Source of the DNA: Bacillota bacterium
GTDB taxonomy: Bacteria; Bacillota; Clostridia; Lachnospirales; Lachnospiraceae
DNA length: 64,000 nt
Assembly (NCBI GenBank): GCA_023414875.1
Contig: JAEZMV010000017.1
Location: 207,267-271,266, forward strand
Reading direction: 5' to 3'
Positions 21,853-31,771 of the stretch are shown here, piece after piece; the first letter of the stretch is position 1, and each line of letters opens with the position of its first letter. Made by a program: the position numbers and the translations under genes. Under the pieces are notes generated by a model. That model searched no databases. It saw nothing but the letters and a program-made list of their open reading frames with translations, and had not been told where the DNA came from.

Positions 21853-23256
21853 TTGAAGAAGAGTTTGAAAACGCAATTGTCATCGGCCATACTGGTGATT
21901 GTACTAATTACAATCGCTATTATCAGCTTTTTATCAAATTATTTTATTAACAGACAATTTACTGATTACGTTTCAAGGCAGCAGGATATAAAAGCACAAA
22001 TCATAACCTCTAGTATCAGTCAGCAATATACCTTTTTTACAGATCAGTGGAATATGGAATATGTGTATGCAATCGGTATGTTTTCCCTCTACGAGGGTTA
22101 CATCATTAAGGTTTACGATAAGGATAATCAATGCTTATGGGATGCCCAGTCCCATGATATGAATCTATGTAATCGGATTATGGACGAGATATCTGACCGG
22201 ATGAGAATTCAATATCCTAAGCTGGAAGGAGAATTTACCGCCACCGTTTATCCCCTAATCAAAGATGGTGAGACGGTAGGATCGGTCAGTATTAGTTGCT
22301 TTGGCCCCTTTTTCTTAAATGAGAATGATTCTAAATTTCTTCATTCACTAAATACCATACTAATCAGCGTTGGTCTGATTTCTCTTGTTGTATCTTTGAT
22401 TGTTGGACATATGATTGCAAGGCGCATCAGTAATCCAATCTTAAAAACGGTTGAAGTGACCAAGCAGATTGCTGATGGAAATTACGATGTACGTCTAAAA
22501 GAGGGAAGCAATACAAAGGAGCTTAATCTGCTGGTTGATTCCATCAATCATTTGGCCGTTTCATTAGAAACCTTAGAGAAATTACGAAAGCAGCTAACAG
22601 AGGATGTAGCTCATGAGTTAAGAACACCCATTACTATACTGCAATCCTATCTGGAAGCAATGACAGAGGGGATATGGGAGACCACCCCGGAACGGTTGGA
22701 AAGCTGCTCGGATGAGGTCATACGAATCGGAAAATTGGTAGGTGACCTTGAGAAGCTTGCAATCATTGAAAGTGAAAACCTGAAGCTGGACAAGCAATGG
22801 ATTGATTTATATGAAATTATTGAGAGAACGGTTAATAGTTTTGAAAATGATATTAACAATAAGCAGCTGAAAGTAAGCATTGAGGGGCAACAAGCCCAAC
22901 TTTATGCTGATCAGGATCGTATCAGACAGGTAGTGGTAAACCTTATGTCGAATGCGATCAAATATTCGAAGGAAGGATCCAGTATTTCAGTATATATTTA
23001 TGAAGGCAAAGAGACAGTGGGGTTTGATATTCAGGATAATGGCATCGGAATTTCTAAAGAGGAGCTTCCTTATATCTTTGAACGTTTTTACAGAGCAGAT
23101 AAATCTCGTAATCGATTAACAGGTGGTTCGGGAATTGGTCTGACTATCGTAAAAGCTATTGTTGAAGCCCATGATGGAAGAGTTTTGGCAGAAAGTAAAT
23201 TAAATGAGGGCAGTAAATTCTGTGTAATACTTCCAAAGGGACAGAGAGCTATTTGA
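21853..23256 (+). CDS. Sensor histidine kinase with HAMP domain (BaeS-like), TTG start
   Basis: Two TM helices around an extracytoplasmic loop; AHELRTP H-box; N, G1, F and G2 boxes; abuts the regulator stop. Confidence 0.93.
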   Translation: MKKSLKTQLSSAILVIVLITIAIISFLSNYFINRQFTDYVSRQQDIKAQIITSSISQQYTFFTDQWNMEYVYAIGMFSLYEGYIIKVYDKDNQCLWDAQSHDMNLCNRIMDEISDRMRIQYPKLEGEFTATVYPLIKDGETVGSVSISCFGPFFLNENDSKFLHSLNTILISVGLISLVVSLIVGHMIARRISNPILKTVEVTKQIADGNYDVRLKEGSNTKELNLLVDSINHLAVSLETLEKLRKQLTEDVAHELRTPITILQSYLEAMTEGIWETTPERLESCSDEVIRIGKLVGDLEKLAIIESENLKLDKQWIDLYEIIERTVNSFENDINNKQLKVSIEGQQAQLYADQDRIRQVVVNLMSNAIKYSKEGSSISVYIYEGKETVGFDIQDNGIGISKEELPYIFERFYRADKSRNRLTGGSGIGLTIVKAIVEAHDGRVLAESKLNEGSKFCVILPKGQRAI

Positions 23257-23320
23257 CAGTCTGCAAAGCATGTAACTCAGATTTTCATGTAAAAATTTTT
23301 ATGAAAGACCTGGTGATAGT

Positions 23321-23749
23321 ATGAAAAACAATAACATGTATTTTAAATATAAACCTAAGGTGGCATTTGTATGTGTTCATAACTCCTGCCGTAGCCAGAT
23401 GGCAGAGGCGCTTGGAAAACTGTTGGCACCGGAGGTGTTTGACAGCTATTCTGCAGGAACAGAATTAAAGGATCATATTAATCCGGATGCGGTTCGGTTG
23501 ATGAAAGAAATATACGGGGTTGATATGGAAGAGACCCAGTATAATAAACTGATAAAGGATATACCAAGTCCGGATGTAGTCATCACTATGGGCTGTAATG
23601 TGAACTGCCCAGTATTACCCTGCAAGCTCAGAGAGGATTGGGGTTTAGAGGATCCCAGTCAAAAGAGTGATGAGGAGTTTAGAAAAGTAATTCAGATCAT
23701 TGAAGATAAGATTGTGGACTTAAAAAATAGATTAAGTAGTGAAAAATGA
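23321..23749 (+). CDS. arsC: Thioredoxin-type arsenate reductase / LMW-PTP fold protein
   Basis: CVHNSCRSQMAE P-loop, SAG, TMGC...CP, W..EDP. Confidence 0.8.
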   Translation: MKNNNMYFKYKPKVAFVCVHNSCRSQMAEALGKLLAPEVFDSYSAGTELKDHINPDAVRLMKEIYGVDMEETQYNKLIKDIPSPDVVITMGCNVNCPVLPCKLREDWGLEDPSQKSDEEFRKVIQIIEDKIVDLKNRLSSEK

Positions 23750-23813
23750 ACCATGACCACTGTCAATTTTGTAAGGAAAAATTCGGTGATAGCTCATCGA
23801 ACTTGTATTTTGG

Positions 23814-24109
23814 TTACTGTACATTAATATAAATAGGTAGCATACGTTTTTTATACATATTAGTATCGTAATCCCATGATTGAATATATTCTGCGAAGGC
23901 TCTGTATAGTAGTGTACCTTTACCGGTGCCTCTTCTTCCGATTAAAAATTGTCTTCTTCCTGTATAATGTTGGCTAAGTAATGAATGTCGTCCATATTTA
24001 GTCTTTTAATTTTATGTAAGTCTTCCAAATTTTCTAAGGTAACATTATCAGTTGTTTTTATGGAAGAAAATGCTTCTAATACCCTTTCTTTAAAAATCTA
24101 TTTTCCCAT
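23814..24109 (-). pseudogene. 5' remnant of a P-loop ATPase gene
   Basis: RBS gaggag and ATG 24109; TAG at codon 4; one-base frameshift in the A-run at 23944-23948; restored frame reads DNFLIGRRGTGKGTLL...LPIYIN. Confidence 0.7.
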
Positions 24110-24478
24110 CAGATTTCTCCTCTGTATTATATATAGTAAAAGATATCTTTTTTTTGGTACATTAATTTTTATATCTATAAGAGTAATACTTTGTATCAAT
24201 ATCCATATATATTCTTAATTTATAAATGGTTTGCCGATAAGAGATTAATGAAAAAGATGTATGATTTATAAATAGATTATCTGGACTTTTTAGTATAACT
24301 AATAAATTTTTGAAGTTATTTATTTTATTCTTCCGTTTTATATAAGTGTGATATGTATTTTCAAAAACTTATAGTAATAACCGGGTTTCATTTCCCCTAT
24401 TTTCAAAAACTTTAATATCATTTTCAAAACTATGTTGTTGTATGACATAAAATAATTAAAAAAATTATAAAATTATTA

Positions 24479-24507
24479 TTGACATATAATATTATATGGT
24501 ATATAGT
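24479..24507 (+). promoter_or_regulatory. Sigma-A promoter of the padR operon with a palindrome in the spacer
   Basis: TTGACA 24479-24484, 17-bp spacer, TATAGT 24502-24507; ATATAATATTATAT palindrome 24484-24497. Confidence 0.65.
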
Positions 24508-24560
24508 ATTATCAAATCAACAATATTGTAATTATAATAACACAGAAAGGAGTTGATTGT

Positions 24561-24878
24561 ATGGTATTTAATACCGGTTCAGCACTACTCGATGCAATCG
24601 TACTTGCCGTTGTTTCAAAGGAACCGGAAGGGACGTACGGATACAAAATTACTCAGGATGTGCGACAGGCTATTGAAGTTTCAGAATCTACATTGTATCC
24701 TGTTCTTAGAAGGCTCCAAAAGGAAGATTGTTTAGAGGTGTATGATTTAGAATTTGGAGGAAGAAATCGAAGATATTATAAAATCACTGATAAGGGAATG
24801 GTTCAACTTAGGCTTTATTATGACGAGTGGGTAAGTTATTTTAAGAAGATAAATTTTATTTTTGAAGGAGTGAAATAG
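24561..24878 (+). CDS. PadR-family transcriptional regulator
   Basis: YGYKI, STLYPVLRRL, GRNRRYYKIT..G. Confidence 0.92.
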   Translation: MVFNTGSALLDAIVLAVVSKEPEGTYGYKITQDVRQAIEVSESTLYPVLRRLQKEDCLEVYDLEFGGRNRRYYKITDKGMVQLRLYYDEWVSYFKKINFIFEGVK

Positions 24879-25712
24879 ATGACAAAGCTAGAATTCATGA
24901 AAGAACTCGAAAGCTTGCTGTTGGATATCCCCTTGGAGGAGAGAGAAGAAGCACTTCAATATTATAATGGTTATTTCGAGGATGCAGGGGATGATCATGA
25001 AGATGAGATTATAAAGGAATTAGGTTCACCGAAGCGTGTAGCTTCGATAATAAAAGCTGACTTGAATTCCAATGGAGATGATCGGGAAAGCAGGGGATAT
25101 TTCACTGAGAAGGGATATCAGGATACCATATATAAGGAAGAAAAATTCGAGTTGATGGGAGCCGACAAGAAAGAAGCAGCGGATAATCAGAATCAGAACT
25201 CAACCGGTCATACAAACAACACAGGGAATACAAACAACGCAGGGAACGCAAACAACACAGGGAATGCTGACAACACAAATGGTCCGAACGGTAATGCAAA
25301 CGCCAATCAGTCGGCGTATCAAAAGGCGCAGACCGATGATAAAAATACAAAATTAGCTTTAATCATTCTACTTTGTATCTTTGGTTCCCCTGTGATTCTT
25401 GGCATCGGTGGAGCAATATTTGGAGTTGCAGTTGGTGTGATAGCTGCAATAGGCGGTATAATCATCGGCTTTGGAGCAGCCGGAATTGCTTTGATTGGTG
25501 CCGGTATTGCATTGCTTATCGCAGGTTTATTACAGATCAGTGTTCCATACCTGGGCTTACTTCTATGCGGAAGCGGATTAGTAATGCTGGGTTTAGGCAT
25601 GCTATTCATGATATTATGCGTGGTATTGTGCAAGAACGTTTTTCCTGCAATCGTAAAAGGTATCATAAATCTTTGCAGAATGCCTTTTAAGAATAGGAGT
25701 GTGACAGCATGA
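24879..25712 (+). CDS. DUF1700/HAAS-domain membrane protein
   Basis: MTK.EF..EL...L...EREEAL.YY..YF...ELGSP N-terminus; Gly-rich TM helices. Confidence 0.85.
   Translation: MTKLEFMKELESLLLDIPLEEREEALQYYNGYFEDAGDDHEDEIIKELGSPKRVASIIKADLNSNGDDRESRGYFTEKGYQDTIYKEEKFELMGADKKEAADNQNQNSTGHTNNTGNTNNAGNANNTGNADNTNGPNGNANANQSAYQKAQTDDKNTKLALIILLCIFGSPVILGIGGAIFGVAVGVIAAIGGIIIGFGAAGIALIGAGIALLIAGLLQISVPYLGLLLCGSGLVMLGLGMLFMILCVVLCKNVFPAIVKGIINLCRMPFKNRSVTA
25213..25277 (+). repeat. In-frame 18-bp tandem repeat (about 3.5 units) encoding an Asn-rich linker
   Basis: caaacaac(a/g)cagggaa.. units at 25213, 25231, 25249 and a partial unit at 25267. Confidence 0.85.
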
Positions 25713-26566
25713 AAACATTTTTAAAGGTATGGTTAAGTATTAGTTTAATAGCTATCGGTTTTGGTATTGGTTTATTAATTTTGGCAGCAGCATCCGGGGC
25801 GAGCTTTAAGGATGTCCCTACCTTCTCGTTGAATGAAAGTTATCAGGACGTTAAAAGGCTGGACGTAGAGGTAAATTATGGAAATGTTGAGATAGTAAGA
25901 GGAAATGAGTTTTCCATATTTGCTGAGAACCTGGTTGATGAAGGTATGGAATCCTATGTTACGGAAGGGACCTGGGTTATTAAAGAATACAATAGGGAAA
26001 TGATTAATTTCTTTGGAATAAAAGTTCCCGTTTGGGATGTTGTCCATATTGACGGCTGGGGTGATGATTTTGATCCTAAAATAATAATAACAGTTCCAGA
26101 GGATTTCGTGGCAGAGAATGTCTCTTTTAAGATAGCTGCGGGTTCTGCAAAGATTGAAGAGATCAATGCCTTAACAGGAGATTTTAAAGTTGAAACGGGC
26201 GAGTTAAAGATTGAAGAGTTAACAATCAGCAATAAATCAAGTTATTCAATCGGTGCCGGTAACATGATACTTAAGAATATGACTGCGAAGGATATAACAG
26301 TGGATTGTGGTTTAGGTAATGTTGAAATATCCGGATCTATCAGTGGAGACAGCGACATCAGCTGTGGAGTCGGAAGAGTAGATGTTAATCTTAATGGAGA
26401 TGATGATGATTATACGTATGATGTTAGTTCCGGGTTAGGAAATGTAGTGATTGATGGTGATAAGTATAACAGTATCAGTAATAAAATAATCAAGAATGAA
26501 TCTACTGAGAATAAGATTACCTTAGATTGTGGTGTCGGTAATATTAGAGTTGAATTTATGAACTAA
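25709..26566 (+). CDS. DUF4097-family beta-strand-repeat membrane-anchored protein
   Basis: N-terminal TM helix; repeated xGxGxV/I beta motifs; ATGA overlap with the upstream gene. Confidence 0.82.
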   Translation: MKTFLKVWLSISLIAIGFGIGLLILAAASGASFKDVPTFSLNESYQDVKRLDVEVNYGNVEIVRGNEFSIFAENLVDEGMESYVTEGTWVIKEYNREMINFFGIKVPVWDVVHIDGWGDDFDPKIIITVPEDFVAENVSFKIAAGSAKIEEINALTGDFKVETGELKIEELTISNKSSYSIGAGNMILKNMTAKDITVDCGLGNVEISGSISGDSDISCGVGRVDVNLNGDDDDYTYDVSSGLGNVVIDGDKYNSISNKIIKNESTENKITLDCGVGNIRVEFMN

Positions 26567-26603
26567 TCCAAGTATAATTGTATTTAAGAAAGGAGATTTT
26601 GCT

Positions 26604-26789
26604 GTGGAACCTAAAAAATTATATCGTACTAATACAAATAAAATGATTTGTGGAGTATGCCAGGGAGTTGCTGAATACATTAATTTAGACCCCACTGTTG
26701 TTCGTTTGTTATGGGTTATCGGTTCATTTGCAGGAATAGGAGTGCTTGCATATATCGTAGCAGCAATCATTATGCCGGTTAAGCCATAA
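26604..26789 (+). CDS. PspC-domain protein
   Basis: KKLYR...KMICGVCQGVAEY..LDPTVVRL...YIVAAIIMP; GTG start with RBS aaggag. Confidence 0.9.
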   Translation: MEPKKLYRTNTNKMICGVCQGVAEYINLDPTVVRLLWVIGSFAGIGVLAYIVAAIIMPVKP

Positions 26790-26896
26790 TCTGTCAGGCA
26801 AATGATAAAGAGTATCTCTCCGAACTACAAGATTTAGAGAAAACTTCCTTTTTCATAAAAGGAGCGTTAAATTTAAGACTAGATATTAGATATAAT

Positions 26897-26938
26897 AAAA
26901 CCCTGCGACGGAAATGTAATTTCTATCACAGGGTTTTT
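26897..26938. terminator. Bidirectional terminator between pspC and the CheY gene
   Basis: aaaaccctg / cagggtttt inverted repeat. Confidence 0.65.
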
Positions 26939-26979
26939 AAATTATATATTAATTAAATTATTTAAGAAGTCTGTATTAA

Positions 26980-27336
26980 TTATAATGCACGGTTTATAAT
27001 CTCGATGATCTGTGCTGCCTCAAAAGGTTTTGCTAAAAACTCAGCCGCACCATATTTCACTGCATCCACCATTTTAGTCTTCTGACCAGCAGCAGTAACC
27101 ATAACAACCTTTGCATTTTTATCATATTCCATAATGGATTTAAGAGCTTCCAAACCGTCCATTACAGGCATTGTAATATCCATGGTTGTAATATCGGGAT
27201 GTAAATCCTTGAATTTTGCAATACCGTCTTCCCCATTTACGGCCTCACCAACTATTTCATGACCGTTTTCTTCTAAAATACCCCTGAGTATTTTACGTGA
27301 TGTTTTGGAATCATCAACCATAAGAATTTTTGCCAT
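26980..27336 (-). CDS. Single-domain CheY-like response regulator
   Basis: VDDS, MDITMP, VTA, KPF; receiver domain only. Confidence 0.92.
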   Translation of the reverse strand: MAKILMVDDSKTSRKILRGILEENGHEIVGEAVNGEDGIAKFKDLHPDITTMDITMPVMDGLEALKSIMEYDKNAKVVMVTAAGQKTKMVDAVKYGAAEFLAKPFEAAQIIEIINRAL

Positions 27337-27348
27337 TTAATTTCCCTC

Positions 27349-28236
27349 CTAATTTATTCCTAGCTGATTATTCACCGAAACAATTAAATCAGCCTGCTTT
27401 CCGTTGATAATAATCGGCACTACATAAAAATCTTCTGATGCTGTAATCTTTTTTCCGGTATAATAAAGCGGAGGTGTCATGTCAATATGTATGTCTTCGC
27501 TGCTAAGTTTTGATGCATATAATCCGTTGGTGCAATTAATAAATTCGCAAACTGAATCAAAAGCATCCTCGTCCATCTCTTTAAATTCTTCTTTGGCGAA
27601 GGGGTTCGCAATTTCTAATAAATCATTTCCATTACCGGCAAAACCAACGAATATTTCATGATCCCCCATCATCATTTGGGAAGCAAGAGTAGCAAATTCA
27701 TATTCTTTCACTTTGTAGGATTTTTTAATAAGAATATTGTTGTTAATAAAACGAACGACGTTACGAAGGGTCAAGCTGATGCATTCACTGCTAAAGGGAA
27801 TATCGATATCAACAAATACAGGTATGATACGATCTATATCTCCGGATTTTAAGGCATCGATGTCTGCATCAGAAAAATGATAATCTGATTTAAAATTCTC
27901 TAAATCATTCTCAAGTTCCTGTATAGTTAAGATGTTATTTTCGGTTACAACCTGTACAAACTGTAAATATGGATTTCCTTGCATATTAAGCAAATGAGTT
28001 ACTTCTTCTGCCAGTAAGTATCCTTTTTCTATGGCGATATCACCGAAACGACAATCCATTTTACGTTGAATATCATTGATTTCCTCTGCTTGTTTGATGG
28101 TCAATAATTTCTCTGCTACAGCAATCAAACCTAATTTTACTCTGGTCTTTTGCTGTTGCTCCATTACATCTTCAAATTGTGATTGAGAAATTTTATTCTT
28201 TTCCACTAAGTAATTACCAAAATAAAGCCCGAACAT
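27349..28236 (-). CDS. CheX/CheC-family phosphatase with N-terminal MshEN-like repeats
   Basis: Three 24-aa motifs with 5-aa linkers; C-terminal D...EFIN (E-x2-N) and TPP motifs; RBS aaggag before ATG 28236. Confidence 0.75.
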   Translation of the reverse strand: MFGLYFGNYLVEKNKISQSQFEDVMEQQQKTRVKLGLIAVAEKLLTIKQAEEINDIQRKMDCRFGDIAIEKGYLLAEEVTHLLNMQGNPYLQFVQVVTENNILTIQELENDLENFKSDYHFSDADIDALKSGDIDRIIPVFVDIDIPFSSECISLTLRNVVRFINNNILIKKSYKVKEYEFATLASQMMMGDHEIFVGFAGNGNDLLEIANPFAKEEFKEMDEDAFDSVCEFINCTNGLYASKLSSEDIHIDMTPPLYYTGKKITASEDFYVVPIIINGKQADLIVSVNNQLGIN

Positions 28237-28596
28237 GATATTTCTCCTTTCGTAATCCAAGATAATCTCCGAGCATTCCTATGATAGAGAGAAAATCCGC
28301 CTTATATACCCTATACATTATCACAGAACTCTCTTTATTAATATTATATAAACTAATATACAACATTATTAACAAAAAAAATAGTCTTTATTTAAAAAAA
28401 ATACAAAATTTTCACATTACATAAAATTAAACAATGTGGATAAAACATAATTAATAGATATCTTGTAGACCATACATATTATTGGTATATTAAAGAAAAT
28501 TTATTGTTATATGATGACAAGCCAGAGTATCTATGATAAAGTATTGTTTAAATTAAGAAGATTTAGGTGCCAGATATGGCGACGGAATGGAGTTTT

Positions 28597-30366
28597 ATGA
28601 AAACAATAATAGAGATAATAGCCGAAGAAGTAAAACAAGCCTTTGTTTCAAAAGGTTTTGATGAAAAATACGGTATGGTGACAATTTCTAACCGACCGGA
28701 TTTATGTCAATATCAATGTAACGGTGCATTAGCTGCTGCAAAACAATATAAGACAGCACCAATTAAAATAGCCGAGGGAATAGTACAGGAGCTACATTTA
28801 AGTAAGACCTTTAAGGATATCTCAGCGATTATGCCGGGATTTATTAATATTACCCTCAGTGATGAGTTTTTAGCTGATTATCTGAATCAGATGAAGCAGG
28901 CAGAGAATTTTGGTTGTGAGAAAGACTCAAATCCGAAAAAAATTCTGATAGATTACGGCGGTCCTAATATTGCTAAACCTTTGCATGTAGGTCACATGCG
29001 CTCTGCGATTATCGGAGAGAGCATCAAGCGATTGCTGAGATTTTGTGGTAACGAAGTCATAGGAGATGTACACTTGGGTGACTGGGGTACTCAGATGGGT
29101 CTAATTATTGCTGAACTGAAGAAGCGTAAGCCGGAATTGATTTATTTTGACGAGTCTTATCAAGGGGAGTATCCGGGAGAAGCACCCTTTACGATTTCTG
29201 AGTTGGAGGATATCTATCCCGCAGCCAGTGAGTATTCAAAGGCCAATCCGGAATTCAGAGAAGAAGCGAAATACATTACCTATCAGCTGCAGAACGGACA
29301 TCGTGGATATACAGCAATCTGGAATCATATGATGGAGGTCTCTGTATCGGATGTAAAGAGAATTTATGATACGTTAAATGTATCCTTTGACCTTTGGAAA
29401 AAGGAAAGTGATGCTCAACCATATATTCCGGATATGATACAGTATCTTAAGGATAATAATTACACCCGTATCAGTGAGGGTGCATTGGTTGTAGATGTTA
29501 AGGAAGAGACTGATACAAAGGAGATACCACCCTGCATTATACTTAAATCAGACGGTGCTTCCTTATATAATACAACGGATTTGGCTACGATTGTGGAACG
29601 TATGAAATTATTTTCTCCGGATCACATTATCTATATCACAGATAAACGTCAGGAGCTATATTTTGAGACAGTATTTCGCTGTGCTAGAAAGACCAAGCTG
29701 ATCAACGAGAATACGCAGCTTACACATTTAGGCTATGGTACCATGAACGGTAAGGACGGAAAGCCCTTTAAAACCAGAGAGGGCGGAGTTATGCGTCTGG
29801 AGAATTTAATCAAGAGCGTAAATGAAGAAGTGTACCGAAAGATTATGGAAAATCGTAGTATGGAAGAGGAAGAGGCAAGATTAATAGCCGCTCAAGTAGG
29901 ATTGGCTGCCTTAAAATATGGCGATTTATCGAACCAGGTTTCCAAGGATTATATCTTTGACATTGATCGTTTTACTTCCTTTGAAGGTGATACCGGCCCC
30001 TACATTCTATATACGATTGTAAGAATAAAATCCATCCTGGCAAAATTCCTGGAGCTGAAAAAGGGAGCAGTAACAGACCTTATTATAAAGCCGACAGCTT
30101 CAAGCTCTGAGCAGGCTTTAATGCTGGAATTAACTAAATTTAATGAGATGATAGAATCCGCATATAAAGAAATAGCTCCTCATCGTATCTGCGCCTATAT
30201 TTATGATTTAGCAAATGCATTTAACAGCTTTTATCATGATACCAAGATAATTGCAGAAGAAGATGCAATGAAGCAAGCCTCCTGGATAGCGCTCATTACT
30301 TTAGTGCAGGATATATTAATGGAATGTATCGAGTTACTTGGTTTTAAAGCACCGGAACGTATGTAG
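28597..30366 (+). CDS. argS: Arginine--tRNA ligase
   Basis: PNIAKPLHVGH (HIGH), HLGDWGTQ, KTREG, GPYILY, C-terminal ERM. Confidence 0.97.
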   Translation: MKTIIEIIAEEVKQAFVSKGFDEKYGMVTISNRPDLCQYQCNGALAAAKQYKTAPIKIAEGIVQELHLSKTFKDISAIMPGFINITLSDEFLADYLNQMKQAENFGCEKDSNPKKILIDYGGPNIAKPLHVGHMRSAIIGESIKRLLRFCGNEVIGDVHLGDWGTQMGLIIAELKKRKPELIYFDESYQGEYPGEAPFTISELEDIYPAASEYSKANPEFREEAKYITYQLQNGHRGYTAIWNHMMEVSVSDVKRIYDTLNVSFDLWKKESDAQPYIPDMIQYLKDNNYTRISEGALVVDVKEETDTKEIPPCIILKSDGASLYNTTDLATIVERMKLFSPDHIIYITDKRQELYFETVFRCARKTKLINENTQLTHLGYGTMNGKDGKPFKTREGGVMRLENLIKSVNEEVYRKIMENRSMEEEEARLIAAQVGLAALKYGDLSNQVSKDYIFDIDRFTSFEGDTGPYILYTIVRIKSILAKFLELKKGAVTDLIIKPTASSSEQALMLELTKFNEMIESAYKEIAPHRICAYIYDLANAFNSFYHDTKIIAEEDAMKQASWIALITLVQDILMECIELLGFKAPERM

Positions 30367-30401
30367 GTTTACCAAAGAAAAGGAAGATTCAAGGTGAGGT
30401 T

Positions 30402-31757
30402 ATGTATATCAAAAGGACTGCACAGCTGAAACTTCTGGAAGAGCAGTATGCTTTACCAGGGAATAATTTAGTCATATTATATGGAAGAAAAGGAATGGGT
30501 AAAACCACGATATTATCTGAGTTTCTCGAGGATAAGCCTGAAGCATATTATTATGAGGCCACAGAATGTGTGGATAAGCTTCAGCTTATCTTTATGAAGC
30601 AAAGGCTATCTGAGAAACAGGCTACAGATCATATTGTGGATTACTCTGAGCTTTTTTCGGAATTCATTGGGGAACGTAAGGAGAAAACCATAATAGTCAT
30701 TGATGAATTCCACTTCATAATGAAAAATAGTGAAAGCTTTGTGGACGCTTTTAAACTGCTTGGTATTAATAGCGGATCAGTTATGTTTGTATTATGCAGT
30801 TCATCGATCCGTTGGGTTGAAAATGAGATGATATCAAGCCTTGGAAATGCAGCCAATTATATTACCTCATACATGAAACTGAAGGAATTTACCTTTGTGG
30901 ATTTTGTTAATCACTTCCCGAATTCTTCCGTAGAAACCTGTATTCAGATTAATGCGGTTTTAGGAGGTGTTCCGGAATATCTGCGGCTTTGGAAAGAGAA
31001 TCAAACGGTTGCAGACAACATAAGAAATATTATACTGGATAAGAATTGTAAACTTATATTTGAGCCTCAGCATTTCTTAAAGATGGAGCTGAGAGAAACC
31101 TCTGTCTATAATACAATTCTTTCCACCCTTGCAGAGGGAAATCGAAAATTAAATGATCTTCATCAAAAAACCGGTTTTTCAAGGGCAAAAATTTTAGTAT
31201 ATTTAAAGCATTTAATTCAGCTGGACCTGATAGAAAAATTAGTACCTCTCAATGAAGAAGGAAAGGAAAATGTACAAAAGGGCATCTACCGGATCAAGGA
31301 TAATTTTCTCCACTTCTGGTATCGTTTTGTCTTTCCTAATTTATCAGAACTGATGCGGGAGAAAGCCTCATCGGTATATAATATTAAGATAGCTCCTTAT
31401 CTGGAGGATTATGTAGGAGAGTATTTTTCGGATGTATGTGCAGAATTCTTAAAACTGATGAACCTTCATCAGAGACTTCCGGAACAAATTTTATGGTGGG
31501 ACCGCTGGTACGGTAAAAACGGAACCATTGATATTCTTGCACAAGGTGATAAGGGAAACACATTACTTGGAAAGTGCCTGTGGAAAGAAAGAAAAGCATC
31601 CGAAAGCGATTACGAAGAGTTAGCCATGCTTGCAGCAGAGGCTGGAAAAAAGCCGGACTATTGTTATATTTTTTCCAAAGGAGGCTTTACAGAGGAGCTG
31701 CGAAGCAGTATAGTTGGAAACGATAATATTAAACTGATCGGGTTGGAGGATCTATAG
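30402..31757 (+). CDS. Archaeal-type AAA ATPase with winged helix and DUF234-like C-terminal domain
   Basis: [32 protein letters not shown]. Confidence 0.85.
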   Translation: MYIKRTAQLKLLEEQYALPGNNLVILYGRKGMGKTTILSEFLEDKPEAYYYEATECVDKLQLIFMKQRLSEKQATDHIVDYSELFSEFIGERKEKTIIVIDEFHFIMKNSESFVDAFKLLGINSGSVMFVLCSSSIRWVENEMISSLGNAANYITSYMKLKEFTFVDFVNHFPNSSVETCIQINAVLGGVPEYLRLWKENQTVADNIRNIILDKNCKLIFEPQHFLKMELRETSVYNTILSTLAEGNRKLNDLHQKTGFSRAKILVYLKHLIQLDLIEKLVPLNEEGKENVQKGIYRIKDNFLHFWYRFVFPNLSELMREKASSVYNIKIAPYLEDYVGEYFSDVCAEFLKLMNLHQRLPEQILWWDRWYGKNGTIDILAQGDKGNTLLGKCLWKERKASESDYEELAMLAAEAGKKPDYCYIFSKGGFTEELRSSIVGNDNIKLIGLEDL

Positions 31758-31771
31758 GAAGAAGGAAGGAT

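Noticed and set aside
23321..23749. Arsenic-resistance operon
   Set aside because: Only an ArsC-like gene is present, with no arsR, acr3/arsB or arsAD nearby.
23985..24218. 77-aa plus-strand ORF
   Set aside because: It is antisense to the ATPase pseudogene and has no RBS or motif.
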